Positions 1-11,950 are shown, counted from the first letter of the stretch. The stretch is 64,000 nt of DNA from an uncultured Acidobacteriota bacterium (GCA_963827655.1 CAWHCF010000050.1:32001-96000); one strand, 5' to 3'. Translations and numbers: made by a program. Notes: a model not told the origin generated them from the sequence alone.

Positions 1-3000
1 ACCGCTACCTACACCATCACGGTCACTAATGCCGGCGCGGCCCCGACCAGCGCCACGGTCGTCGTGGCCGACCCCATGTCCCAGCCGTTGACTCCGAGAA
101 CGGGCAGCGGTTCAGGCTGGACCTGCGATGTTCTGACTGAGCTGATCCGATGCCAGAGGAGCGATGCTCTGGCGCCCGGGGCGAGCTATCCGCCGATCAC
201 CATGACGGCGAGCATCGCACCCAACGCCCCTCCTGCGATCCTCAACATGGCGACGGTCAGCGGCGGCGGGGACGGCAATGCGTCGAACAATAGCGCAAGC
301 GACACGGCGACGGTTCTGCCGGCCTCGGACCTGGCGATCACGAAAAGCCACACGGGCAACTTTAGCCAGGGACAGGCGGGCACCTATACCGTTACGGTCA
401 GCAATGTGGGCGGCTCGCCGACCAGCGGCTCGGTTACGCGTCATTGACACAGTGCCGGACGGGTTGGTTCCCACCGCGGCCGGCGGCACAGGGTGGACCT
501 GCCAAATCTCCGGCCAGGGAGTGAGCTGCGCGCGCAGCGACCCTCTGGCGCCAGGCCAGAGCTACCCGACGATCACCCTGACGGTAAGCGTTCAGCGCAA
601 CGCTCCTGCGTCGGTGACGAACACGGCCGTCGTTTTCGGTGGCGGGGAGGTTAATCCATCGAACAACACGGCACCCGATCCAACTACCATTACCGCCGGT
701 CCCGACCTGACCATCGCCAAGAGTCACACCGGTAACTTCACGCAGGGTCAAACCGGCACCTACACCTTGACCGTGAGCAACACCGGGGGCTCCCCGACCA
801 GTGGCACGATCATGGTGGCCGACAGCCTTCCTTCCGGACTGTCGTCGACTGGGGCCACCGGGGCCGGCTGGTCGTGCACGCCCGGCGGCCAGAGTGTCAC
901 TTGTTCGCGCAGCGACATTCTAAACGCCGGCTGCCAGCTATCCGCCGATTACTCTCACGGTGGAGGTCGCGGTCAATGCCCCTGCATCGGTGACTAACGC
1001 GGCGACGGTTGCCGGAGGGGGCGATGTTGATTCCAGCAATAACGCGGCCAGCGATCCGACCACAATCATCGCGGCGCCGGACCTGACCATTACCAAGATG
1101 CACACGGGGAGCTTCCTGCAGGGGCAGGTGGGAGCGACCTACACCCTGACCGTGATGAACATAGGCGGCGGCCCGACCAGCGGCCCGGTGACGGTCAGCG
1201 ACACGCTTCCTGCCGGCCTGACGCCGACGGCCGCGGCGGGCGCCGGCTGGGTGTGTAACATCGCCGGCCAGGCTGTGAGTTGCACGCGCAGCGACGCACT
1301 CAATGTGGGAGCCAGCTTATCCGGCCATTACCCTCACGGTGAACGTCGCGCCGGCGGCCCCGCCATCGTTGACCAACACGGCGACAGTCTCCGGAGGGGG
1401 CGAGATCAATACGGCCAACAGCACGGCCCAGGATATCACCACGATCGGGCCCGGCCCCGACCTGACGATCACGAAAAGCCACACGGGCAACTTTACCCAG
1501 GGACAGGCGGGAACCTATACCTTGACCGTCAGCAACGTGGGCGGATCGCCGACCAGCGGCTCGGTTAGCGTCATTGACACCTTGCCGGGCGCGTTGGTTC
1601 CTGCCGCGGCCGGCGGCACAGGGTGGACCTGCCAGATTTCCGGCCAGGGAGTGAACTGCGCGCGCAGCGACCCTCTGGCGCCAGGCCAGAGCTACCCGGC
1701 AATCACCCTGACGGTAAGCGTTCAGCGCAACGCTCCTGCGTCGGTGACGAACACGGCCGTCGTTTTCGGTGGCGGGGAGGTTAATCCATCGAACAACACG
1801 GCACCCGATCCAACTACCATTACCGCCGGTCCCAACCTGACCATCACCAAGAGTCACACCGGTAACTTCACCCAAGGTCAAACCGGCACCTACACCTTGA
1901 CCGTGAGCAACACCGGGGGCTCCCCGACCAGTGGCACGATCGTGGTGACCGACAGCCTTCCTTCCGGACTGTCGTCGACTGGGGCCACCGGGGCGCGGCT
2001 GGTCGTGCACGCCCGGCGGCCAGAGTGTCACTTGTTCGCGCAGCGACATTCTGAACGCCGGCGCCAGCTATCCGCCGATTACACTCACGGTGGAGGTCGC
2101 GGTCAATGCCCCTGCATCGGTCACCAACACGGCGATGGTTGCCGGAGGGGGCGATGTTGATTCGAGCAATAACTCGGCCAGCGATCCGACCACAATCATC
2201 GCGGTGCCGGACCTGATCATTTCCAAAATGCACACGGGGAGCTTCCTGCAGGGGCAGGTGGGAGCGACCTACACCCTGACCGTGATGAACATAGGCGGCG
2301 GGCCGACCAGCAGCCCGGTGACGGTCAACGACACCCTTCCGGCCGGCCTGACGCCGACGGCCGCGGCGGGCGCCGGCTGGGTGTGTAACATCGCCGGCCA
2401 GGCTGTGAGTTGCACGCGCAGCGACGCACTCAATGTGGGGGCCAGTTATCCGGCCATTACCCTCACGGTGAACGTCGCGCCGGCGGCCCCGCCATCGTTG
2501 ACCAACACGGCGACAGTCTCCGGAGGGGGTGAGATCAATACGGCCAACAACACGGCCCAGGATATCACCACGATCGGGCCCGGCCCCGACCTGACCATCA
2601 ACAAGAGCCACTCGGGAAACTTCCTCCAGGGACAGACGGGGGCGATCTATACCATCACGGTAAGCAACCCCGGCTCTCCGCTGACCACCGGGGTCGTGAC
2701 GGCCACCGACAACGTTCCGGCTGGACTGCTCCCGACATCCGCGGCGGGTGCGGGCTGGACTTGTAATATTTCCGGGCAGGACATGACCTGTACCCGGAGC
2801 GATCCTCTGGCGACGGGACAGAGTTACCCGCCGATCACCCTGACGGTCAACGTTCAGCCCGGTGCTCCCGGGTTAGTGACCAACGCAGCAACGGTTTCAG
2901 GCGGCGGGGACGTCAATCCGGCGAACAACTCGGATACCGATGTCACGGCCATTATCCCCGGGGCCGACCTGACCCTCACCAAGAGCCATACCGGCAACTT

Positions 3001-6000
3001 CACCCAGGGGCAGACCGGTGCGAGCTACACCGTCACCGTAACCAACTCCGGTGTCGGGCCGACTACGACCATGGTTACGGTGACCGATACATTCCCCCTG
3101 GGGCTGGCCCCCACGGCCGCCGTGGGCGCGGGCTGGAGTTGCTCAGTCGGCGCCCTGGCAGTCGTGTGTAGTAGAAGCGACCCGCTGGCCCCGGGCGCCA
3201 GCTATCCACCGATTACCCTCACGGTGCAGGTCGCGGCCAATGCCCCTGCATCGGTGACTAACACGGCCATGGTTGGCGGAGGTGGCGGTGTTGATTCGAG
3301 CAACAACTCGGCCAGTGATCCCACCACGATCATCGGTGTGCCGGACCTGACCATTACCAAGACGCACACCGGGAGTTTCCTGCAGGGGCAGGTAGGAGCG
3401 ACCTACACCCTGACCGTGATGAACATGGGCGACGGCCCGACCAGCAGCCCGGTGACGATCAACGACACCCTTCCAGCCGGCCTGATGCCGACGGCCGCAG
3501 CGGGCGCCGGCTGGGTGTGTAACATCGCCGGCCAGGCTGTGAGTTGCACGCGCAGCGACGCACTCAATGCGGGGGCCAGGTATCCGGCCATTACCCTGAC
3601 GGTGAACGTCGCGCCGGCGGCCCCGCCAGCGTTGATCAACACGGCGACGGTCTCCGGAGGGGGCGAGATCAATACCGCCAACAGCACGGCCCAGGATATC
3701 ACCACGATCGGGCCCGGCCCCGACCTGACCCTCACCAAGAGCCACTCGGGGAACTTCCTCCAGGGACAGACGGGGGCGATCTATACCATCACGGTCAGCA
3801 ACCCTGAGTCTCCGCCCACCACCGGAGTCGTGACGGTCACCGACAACGTTCCGGCCGGACTGCTCCCGACATCCGCAGCGGGTGCGGGCTGGACCTGTAA
3901 TATCTCCGGGCAGGATGTGACCTGTACCCGGAGTGATCCTCTGGCGACCGGACAGAGTTACCCGCCGATCACACTGACGGTCAACGTACAGCCCGGCGCT
4001 CCCGGGTCCGTAACCAATACAGTAACGGTTTCGGGCGGCGGGGACGTCAATCCCGCGAACAACTCGGATACCGATGTCACGGCCATTATCTTCGGGGCCG
4101 ACCTGACCCTCACCAAGACCCATACCGGGAACTTCACCCAGGGACAGACCGGGGCGACCTACACCGTGACGGTAACGAACTCCGGTGTCGGGCCGACCAC
4201 GACCATGGTTACGGTGATCGATACATTCCCCCTGGGGCTGACCCCCACGGCCGCCGCGGGCGCGGGCTGGAGTTGCACAGTCGGCGCCCTGGGAGTCGGG
4301 TGTACCAGAAACGATGCTCTGGCGGCGGGAGCGAGTTATCCGCCGATTACGATCACGGTGAATGTGGCATCCGACGCTCCGGCGACGGTCACCAATACCG
4401 TCGGGGTCTCGGGAGGAGGCGGCAGCAATTCAGCCAACAATACCGCCAGTGATGCGACGACTATCATGGCCGGCGCGGACTTGACGGTGACCAAGACCCA
4501 CACCGGCAACTTCACCCAGGGGCAAAGGGGAGCCGGCTACACCATCACGGTGGGGAACAGCGGCGGCGGCCCGACCAGCGGTCCGGTCACTGCGATCGAT
4601 ATCGTTCCCACAGGCCTGACTCCATCTGCCGCGAGCGGCACGGGCTGGGCGTGCGATATCATCGGGCAGGACGATCACCTGCCTGAGGAGCGACCCCCTG
4701 AGCCCTGGCGGCAGCTACCCGCCGATCACTGTGACGGTGGATGTGGCCTCCAATGCCCCGGCATCGCTTACCAACTCGGTCAGGGTTACTGGCGGCGGGG
4801 ACACCAATCCGGCCAACAACGCAGTCGACGACGTCACTACCATCACCCCTGGTCCCGACCTGACCATCACCAAGACCCACACGGGCAACTTCACCCAGGG
4901 GCAGACAGGCGCGACTTACACCGTCACGGTGAGTAACCAGGGGGCGGCCCCGACCAGCGGCGCCGTCATTGTAAATGACGCCATGACGCTGCCCTTCCTG
5001 CCGACAGCAGCCAGCGGCACCGGCTGGACATGCCAGGTTCTTGCTGACTCCGTCCAATGCCAGAGGAGCGATGCCCTGGCGGCGGGAGCGAGTTACCCGC
5101 CCATTACCATCACGGTGAACATTGCATCGAACGCTGCGGCTTCAGTCACCAATACGGTCGAAGTCTTCGGAGGCGGCGACGTCAATGCTGCCAACAATAC
5201 GGCCAGCGACCCGACCACCATAGTGCCGGGACCCGACTTGACGGTCACAAAGACCCATACCGCCATCGTCACCCAGGGACAGAGAGGAGCCACCCCCGCG
5301 CTGGATTACACCCTGACCGTACGCAATATCGGGGCGTCCCCGACCACCGGCACCGTCACCCTGATCGACAGTGTCCCTCCGGGCCTCATTCCAGTAACGG
5401 CCAGCGGCACGGGCTGGACGTGCAGCCTCTCGCTCCAGTCCGTTACTTGCACTCGAGACGATGCTCTGGCCGCAGGCAGCCAGTTATCCGCCTGTGACCC
5501 TCGCGGTGGACGTTGAGTCCGACGCGCCCGCATCGGTAACCAACACCGCGACCATTGCCGGTGGCGGAGACGTCAATACCTCGAATAACACCGCAACCGA
5601 TCCGACCCAGATCAACCGCGGCCAGGACCTGACGATCACCAAGAGCCACACGGGTAGTTTCACCCAGGGGCAGAGCGGGGCCACCTACACCATAACCGTG
5701 TCCAATAGCGGCGCCGCGCCGACTATCGGCACCGTAACCCTGATCGACACCGTCCCGACCGGACTCTTTCCCACGGCGGCTAGCGGCACGGTCTGGACCT
5801 GCACTGTCTCGGGCGAAACTGTCAATTGCACCCGAGGAGATCCCCTGGCCGGGGGAGCGAGCTACGAGCCTGTGACCGTTACGGTGGATGTCGCCGATAA
5901 CGCCCCCGCATCAGTAACCAACAGTGCGATCGTCGCCGGGGGCGGCGATGTCCTTGCAACCAACAATGTGGCGGACGACGTCACGGCCGTTACCACGGGC

Positions 6001-7474
6001 CCGGATCTGACGATCACGAAGACCCACCCCAATAGCTTCGGGCCGGGTCAGACGGGGGTCATTTTTATCCTCACGGTGACCAACCGGGGCGGCGCGCCGA
6101 CGCAAGGCAGGGTCGATGTGGTCGATGACCTGCCCGTCGGGCTGACCGCGAAAGCGGCCAGCGGAGGCGGCTGGACCTGCGAAGTCACAGTCGACACGGT
6201 GGCATGCTCCCGGACCGACGCTCTGGCTCCGGGAGCGAGCTATCCCTCGATCACGCTCACCGCCGACGTCGCCCCCAATCTCGCGGTCGGGTCGACGTTA
6301 ACCAACACGGCCACGGTCTCACGCGGCGGAGACGTTAACCTTGGCAACAACACAGCCGAAGACTCTGAAGTTCTTGCGCTGCGTCCGGACCTCGACATCG
6401 CCAAGACGCACTCGGGCAACTTCACCCAGGGACAAACCGGCGCGACCTACACCATCACGGTCTCCAATGCCGGCCAGGATGCGACCAGCGGCGAGGTCAA
6501 GGTCCAGGACCGTCTCCCGACGGGCTTGACACCAACCTCTGCATCCGGCTCCGGCTGGACCTGCACGATTCAGCGGCCCGACGGTCATCTGCACCCGGAG
6601 CGACTCTCTGGCGCCGGGCGGCAGTTATCCGCCGATTACACTGGCGGTGACGGTTGCGCCGGATGCCTTGCCCTCGGTCACCAATACGGCAACGGTCTCG
6701 GGCGGCGGGGACGACAGCAGCGACACGGCCAGTGACGTCACCACGATCCAGGCCGGGGGCCCGTACACCTTCGCCCACGTGCCGGTCGGGGGAGGCTATA
6801 CGACCGATTTTCTCATCTCAAATACCGGAGCGACCGGCGCCGCAACAGAGCTCATCCTTACCGATCAGGCAGGCAATCCCTTTCCGGTTCTTCTGGTAGA
6901 TCCCTCCACCAGCGCAACCCTGGCGATGGGTTCGTCCTTTCCGGTTTCCATTGCTTCCGCCGGAACCAGAATTTTCCGGGCCGCGCCGGTCAATCCTTCG
7001 GATCCGGTCAAGATCGGCTGGGGTCGCCTGGTACCGTCGGTTGCTCACGTGGGTGGGGTCGCCTCGTTCGATTACCTCCAGCAGGCGATCTTGCAGAGCA
7101 CGGCGGGAGTCTTCGGGGGTTATCCGATCAATATGGCCACGATGCCGGTCGATAATGACGATACGCAGAATCGCTTTACCGGCTTCGCGGTAGCAAATCC
7201 TTCGAACGAAAACATCAACGTCACGCTTTACGTGCTCGACGAGAACGGAGGGATCACCGATGTGCTCAGCCCGCCGGAACTCAATCCGCTCGGGCCCCTG
7301 AAGCAGGTTGCGAAGTTTCTGCACGAGTATGTCCCGACCAGGCTGAGATTCAAAGGCTCGATGGTTCTGGTCGGACAGGGCGGGAAGACTTTCGCGGTCG
7401 TGGCGCTGGTGCAGACTCAGGGCTTGGTCACCGTAATCCCGGTGATTCCCTCCAAGGCTCCCCAGGTTCCGTGA
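1..7474 (+). CDS. Giant DUF11 (Ig-like) repeat surface protein/adhesin; 5' end outside the window; about 7 frameshifts
   Basis: ORFs 64-447, 278-997, 960-1568, 1303-2160, 2090-4936, 4731-5516, 5461-6735 and 6647-7474 join into about 18 tandem ~126 aa units (DLTITKSH.G.F.QGQ.G.YT.TV.N.G...GWTC...C.RSD.L..G.SYP.IT..V.V...A...VTNTA.V.GGG...NN.A.D), followed by a ~235 aa non-repeat C-terminal domain ending at TGA 7474. Confidence 0.88.
328..4477 (+). repeat. Higher-order tandem duplications of DUF11 units (378 bp unit, ~1.13 kb three-unit period)
   Basis: Units start at about 328, 704, 1080, 1459, 1834, 2210, 2588, 2966, 3344, 3722 and 4100. 328-1458 is nearly identical to 1459-2587, and 2210-3343 largely matches 3344-4477. 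Confidence 0.85.
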
Positions 7475-7476
7475 CC

Positions 7477-7560
7477 TGGTGTTTCTTCGTGTCTTCGTGT
7501 CTTTGTGGTTAGCGGTGCGAAACAAATACCACAAAGACACAAAGACACAAAGAAACACCA
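7477..7560. repeat. REP-like long palindrome built from 8-bp subunits (GACACRAA); probable bidirectional terminator
   Basis: tggtgtttcttcgtgtcttcgtgtctttgtggt ... accacaaagacacaaagacacaaagaaacacca forms a ~33 bp stem between two convergent stop codons. Confidence 0.8.
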
Positions 7561-7572
7561 AGAGGAGCCCGC

Positions 7573-9519
7573 TTACGGGACTTCAACGGAGTAAGCCACG
7601 ATCTTCCACTGATCTTTCTCTCTGCCCCAGAGAAGCTTCAACGCGGCAGGGTTGCCCGGGACGTTCATCTCGAAAATAGCGCCGTAGTAGTTGCCGTAGA
7701 CTGCAGGCCCTCCAAGTTTTTGTGCCACCTTTACCCCCTGGACCTGGCTCTGGCATTCGAAGGCCTTGGCACCTTCATCCGGCACACTCACCAGCGAATA
7801 AGCCCGCTCCTGTGGATGCGCGACAAGCTTGAGAGCTGGATGCACCGGAGGGATACTTCTCAAGGCCTCGGCAACGTCGCTTTTCCGGCCGACAATGCCG
7901 GAGATATTCTTCATCCCGTCAAGGATCCTGCGCCGTCCCTCCGGCCAGTTCCGCGCCTTATCCTTCTGCTGATCGGCATGGAGATTGACACAGGCGTAAC
8001 ACTGCTGTGAGAAATATTCTACTGCCTTCTCAAAGTTCTGCTTGACCAACCATTCGTCGAAAAACTCCCGGGCGGCCGTGATCAGGTCCGGATCTCCCTT
8101 CACACTCTCAATCTTGATCTCTGCCGCAGCCGGAGCCACTTCCATATCTGGAGCCTTGTTGCTTGCGATTTTATCGGACTCGACATCCCAGGAGACGATC
8201 TTCCAGTACTCAGACTCCTTCGTCCAGAGGATGAGCAGCCTGGCGCCTTTAGCATTCCCGGCGTTCATCTGTAATGACGCGCCGAAATACTTCCCATAGT
8301 CCCTTTCGGGCTTTTTCGTCGCCGGATTCCCGAGACTGCTCCGGTTGCCGCACTCGAAGTCGAACGCGAGGTCTTCCGGCGTCTCGAAGAATGCGAATTC
8401 GGCTTTGTGCGGGTGATCAATGAGCTTGAGCGCGGGATCATTCGGAGGAACGCTCTTTGCCACTTCGGCCAGGCTTGCGGGTTTGCCGATGGAGCGGTTC
8501 GCTTTTCTCATCCTGTCGAGCATGTAGTAGCGAGTCAGGCCAGGATTGATCTGCTTGTTTTCATCGCTGTCGACCTGATTGATACAGATATCAGCCCTTT
8601 GGGCCATGTAGGCTATTGCCTGCTTGGGCTCCTGCTCGACCAGCCAGGCGTTCAAAAAGTCGTACATCGCCTCCTCTGGCTTCCCTTTGCCCGAGCGGGG
8701 GAATGCCGGGAAATCACCGCGCTCTTTTTTGAGCTCCTCTTCCTTGATGTCAGCTTCCTTGAGCGGCACGCCGAAAATGCTCTTCCACCAGGCGGAGAAA
8801 CCCGTCCACCGCTTGACGTGCCTTTCGTGGTTGTTTCCGGCCCTCACATCGGAGTTCGCGCTGCTCAGATGGCCGTTCACGGCTGCCGCAGGGAACTTCG
8901 AGGAGCGGTAGTCGACGTCGATGTCTGCGCGCTTGCCGTCCCCCGAGCAGGAGACTTGAATCGAGGGCGTCCCGCCCTGCTGGCGGTAATTCATCGGATA
9001 GCCTTTATGATAGGTGGCGTTGTCATCGCCACGCTTGAACTCGCGCGATGCATCCAGAATCTGCAAGGCATTCGGCTTCAGTGCCACATAGATGCGGAAC
9101 TGGAGGTCGCCCTTCGCCTCAGGGATCATGCCGCGGACACTTTCAAGGTATGAGATCAGATCGAGCGTCGTGCCGAGTGAGCGGCCGCCCTGATCGGTCA
9201 GCCTGGTCGTCATGAGGGCGTGCGTCACTGCTTCGAAGGTGGTTCTGACCGAGAGAGAAAGATCATTGTAGTCTTCCGCCGGCTTGAGATTCTTCTTTGC
9301 AATCTCGTTGTATTGCCGGAACCACTCGTCGACCAAACGGCGCTGCTCGGGTTTCAGATTGTCATAGGTCCCGCCGAACTGAATATTCTGTTCTTGAGCT
9401 CCACTGCCGTTCTTCGATGACTGTGCCGCGACGGAGAAGTGGGGCATTGTCGAGATCAGAACATAAGTCATCAACGCCACAAATATCGCGTGGCCACACT
9501 TCAAGAGTTTCGCTTCCAA
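7573..9519 (-). CDS. Hypothetical secreted protein with an internally duplicated NTF2-like domain
   Basis: 648 aa ORF with TTG start after GAGGAGG and a hydrophobic N-terminus. Two similar halves: F..WLV.Q...A..Y..Q...C.N ... G.Y.GA...M ... L.W..E...WKIV..VE. Confidence 0.8.
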   Translation of the reverse strand: MEAKLLKCGHAIFVALMTYVLISTMPHFSVAAQSSKNGSGAQEQNIQFGGTYDNLKPEQRRLVDEWFRQYNEIAKKNLKPAEDYNDLSLSVRTTFEAVTHALMTTRLTDQGGRSLGTTLDLISYLESVRGMIPEAKGDLQFRIYVALKPNALQILDASREFKRGDDNATYHKGYPMNYRQQGGTPSIQVSCSGDGKRADIDVDYRSSKFPAAAVNGHLSSANSDVRAGNNHERHVKRWTGFSAWWKSIFGVPLKEADIKEEELKKERGDFPAFPRSGKGKPEEAMYDFLNAWLVEQEPKQAIAYMAQRADICINQVDSDENKQINPGLTRYYMLDRMRKANRSIGKPASLAEVAKSVPPNDPALKLIDHPHKAEFAFFETPEDLAFDFECGNRSSLGNPATKKPERDYGKYFGASLQMNAGNAKGARLLILWTKESEYWKIVSWDVESDKIASNKAPDMEVAPAAAEIKIESVKGDPDLITAAREFFDEWLVKQNFEKAVEYFSQQCYACVNLHADQQKDKARNWPEGRRRILDGMKNISGIVGRKSDVAEALRSIPPVHPALKLVAHPQERAYSLVSVPDEGAKAFECQSQVQGVKVAQKLGGPAVYGNYYGAIFEMNVPGNPAALKLLWGREKDQWKIVAYSVEVP

Positions 9520-9586
9520 GATTAACCCCTCCTCTTATACTCGATACTTCCTTTGCTCTAATCAGCGTCTCGACCCGCTTGCGTTT

Positions 9587-9634
9587 GCGCAGTCCGACGA
9601 GCGTCGGCATCCGCGGATCGTCCCAGCCCTTGAT
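9587..9634 (-). pseudogene. ~48 bp fragment of a glutaminyl-tRNA synthetase-like gene
   Basis: Minus strand reads IKGWDDPRMPTLVGLR, matching the GlnRS motif GWDDPRMPT.xGLR. Flanks do not continue the similarity. Confidence 0.65.
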
Positions 9635-9821
9635 GGCGCGGATGAAGTCTCGGGCGCTTGAGCGGGCGCGCTCGAGCCGGCTTTCTTGAACGCGCAGTCA
9701 TGGGCATCGGAAGGTGTCATCGCGTCCGCTGGCGTTCGGCTGCGGACAGAAAGTCAGTTGCCGGCGGTACCGGCTCCGAGCACCCGGCCAGATGGCGGAG
9801 AGGGGCTTGAATCAGACTCAT

Positions 9822-10382
9822 TTACTTCGGGTCGATCTTGGAGATCTTGTTGCCCTGCAGCCCCAGCCCGGCCATCAGCCCCTTCTGGCTGAAAATTAAC
9901 GCGTAAATGTCGTCTTTCATGGTGGTCGTCGTGGCGGCTTTCGCCTTCCCTTCGTCCATTACGACGACGCTCGGGCCGACTCCGACCTCGAACCCCTTCG
10001 CTGCGTCGAGCGCACTCAACGCTTTCTCGTTCATGAAAAACATGGCGTAGCCGTAGGTCTGCCCCCCAGCCTGCAGTCCAAATGACCCGCCTGAGGTCCT
10101 GTAATACGCCACGGCGTTCCCGCCCTTGATCAGCGCGCCGTCGCCGCCCTGACCGCCGACCATGAGCCCCACCTTGGTGACTTTCGGAAACACAAGGATA
10201 GCCAGAGATTTCGCTCCAATCGCCTTCGACGCGGGGACTTTTTCGTAGAGCGACTGCAGGGCGGCTTGCGCGTCACGACTCAGCTCCGCCTTGTCTGCGG
10301 CAGTGGTGGACCGCCCCGCCAACGCAACCGCTGTGCTCACAAGAATGCCGATCAACGCGACCCGTTTCATATTCATGTTCAT
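9822..10382 (-). CDS. Lipid-binding SYLF/Ysc84 domain protein, secreted
   Basis: Signal peptide; motifs AILVFPKVTKVGLMVGGQGGDGAL, SFGLQAGGQ and QKGLMAGLGLQGNKISK; AAGGAG RBS. Confidence 0.88.
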   Translation of the reverse strand: MNMNMKRVALIGILVSTAVALAGRSTTAADKAELSRDAQAALQSLYEKVPASKAIGAKSLAILVFPKVTKVGLMVGGQGGDGALIKGGNAVAYYRTSGGSFGLQAGGQTYGYAMFFMNEKALSALDAAKGFEVGVGPSVVVMDEGKAKAATTTTMKDDIYALIFSQKGLMAGLGLQGNKISKIDPK

Positions 10383-10874
10383 GCTCCTTTTGAGCTGCGA
10401 CTACCGTTACTCACCGAGCCGGGCCGCCGCCCGACGGGAAAGTGGACCAGGATAATGCACGCGAGCTTGGCTGCCGGAACACACCGGAGACCAAAGGTCC
10501 TGGCAGGGTCATCCTAGCACCAACGACGCCAAACCGGAATGGTTCAGATCAAAAACAGCGGCACGTCACGTTAGCTGACACCCGCGCTGTGCTTCGCCAA
10601 AATCCCGGCTGACGGGTCTTCGGAGGGTCTGCGATCATTTGAATGGACGAGGACGGGGACAATCGAGATTCGAGCCTGAAGGCAGAGGTGTGCCAAGATT
10701 CTTCTAGTCTCATAGCATCCGGTTGAGCTAAGATGGCCGTCGTCGGCGCGGTACGGAACGTCCAGGGGCGTCGAGTTGACAGCCAGCCCTATTCTCCGAA
10801 CTTGACTAACCGCGCCTTGAGCTGAAAATAACTTTTGTTCCGCCTATCCTTTCAAGGCGCGACTAGGAGGACCC

Positions 10875-11426
10875 ATGAAACGGTTTGTCGTAGGAATCAT
10901 TGCAGCGGCCGTTCTGGTGTCGATGGCGGGCACGGCCATGGCCCAGTCCAAGACCTTCAACGTACAGATGAGAACCGAGACGGCCACCGTCGAGACGATC
11001 GAAGTCGCTAGCCGCACAGTCACGCTCAGGAAACCGGACGGCACCGTCGTGACGGTCGTCGCAGGGCCGGACATTAAGCGGTTCGGGGAGGTCAAGGTCG
11101 GCGACAAGGTCAACGCTCGGTATTACGAGAACGTCGTCATCCGGCTGAAGCGGCCCGGCGAGCCGGACGTGGACACTGAGAAAAAGGCCACGACCCCTTC
11201 CGAACAGGTCATGCCTGGTGGCACCAAAGCCAAGCAGCGGACCATCACGGCCACGATTACGGCCATCGACATGAACACGCCGTCGATCACCTTCACCGGT
11301 CCGAACAACTGGAAGTACTCGTCCGTAGTGCAGGACAAGGAGGCTCTCGCCAAAGTGAAGGTCGGCGATAAGGTCGACATTGTCTGGACGGAAGCGTTGC
11401 TGGTGTCGCTCGAGCCCGGCAAGTAG
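10875..11426 (+). CDS. Hypothetical secreted protein with two OB-fold-like repeats
   Basis: AGGAGG RBS; signal peptide ending AMA|Q; repeated ATV/I..I....R/ITL/F..P....VKVGDKV. Confidence 0.8.
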   Translation: MKRFVVGIIAAAVLVSMAGTAMAQSKTFNVQMRTETATVETIEVASRTVTLRKPDGTVVTVVAGPDIKRFGEVKVGDKVNARYYENVVIRLKRPGEPDVDTEKKATTPSEQVMPGGTKAKQRTITATITAIDMNTPSITFTGPNNWKYSSVVQDKEALAKVKVGDKVDIVWTEALLVSLEPGK

Positions 11427-11684
11427 GTGCTTGGTCACAGCCGGGGCGGTCCGCCGTGATCGCCTCGGACCGTCGTTGATTCCGAATCCATGCAAAACGG
11501 AGTTTCGCGATGGACGGCTAGCCGCGCATGGCGGCTTCTGTGGCTTCGTTAATGGCTGCGATGGTCATCGCGCTGTCAACGAGGAGTCGTACGTCGGCGC
11601 GCTTGATGTCCTTCGCGTTCTGTCAAACATCTGTCGAAAGGCCTTGTTGGGCCAAGGCGGCGGCGACGGAAATACGAATCGGCC

Positions 11685-11950
11685 TTAGCACTCCTTTGCG
11701 ATGTCGTCTATCTTCTTAACAAAGCGCTCCCTCCGTTGCCGATTCACCCCGTCTCGGAGTTCCCGTAAGTACCTGTCGAACTCAAGCCTAAGTGCTCGAT
11801 AGAACTCACTCCGGTTCAACAGGTAGCGATCGCCGCGAGCCTGAACTACCCGCCCAGCCGGGGCGTCGCGCCAGATGATCCACCCTCGAGTCTCGGCCTC
11901 GTGCAGAATCCCATTCCGAACTCCGCGGACGAAGCTCTTCGCGACTTCGG
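11685..11950 (-). pseudogene. 3' remnant of a HEPN-like domain gene
   Basis: Reads SFVRGVRNGILHEAETRGWIIWR...FYRALRLEFDRYLRELRD...C-stop with an RX4H motif (RNGILH). No credible start or N-terminus. Confidence 0.5.

Noticed and set aside
430-6580. Programmed frameshifting or phase variation in giant gene 1
   Set aside because: The breaks I could compare are single-base insertions outside homopolymers, some at positions where units differ (e.g. agcttat versus agctat/agttat). This fits consensus error in repeats better.
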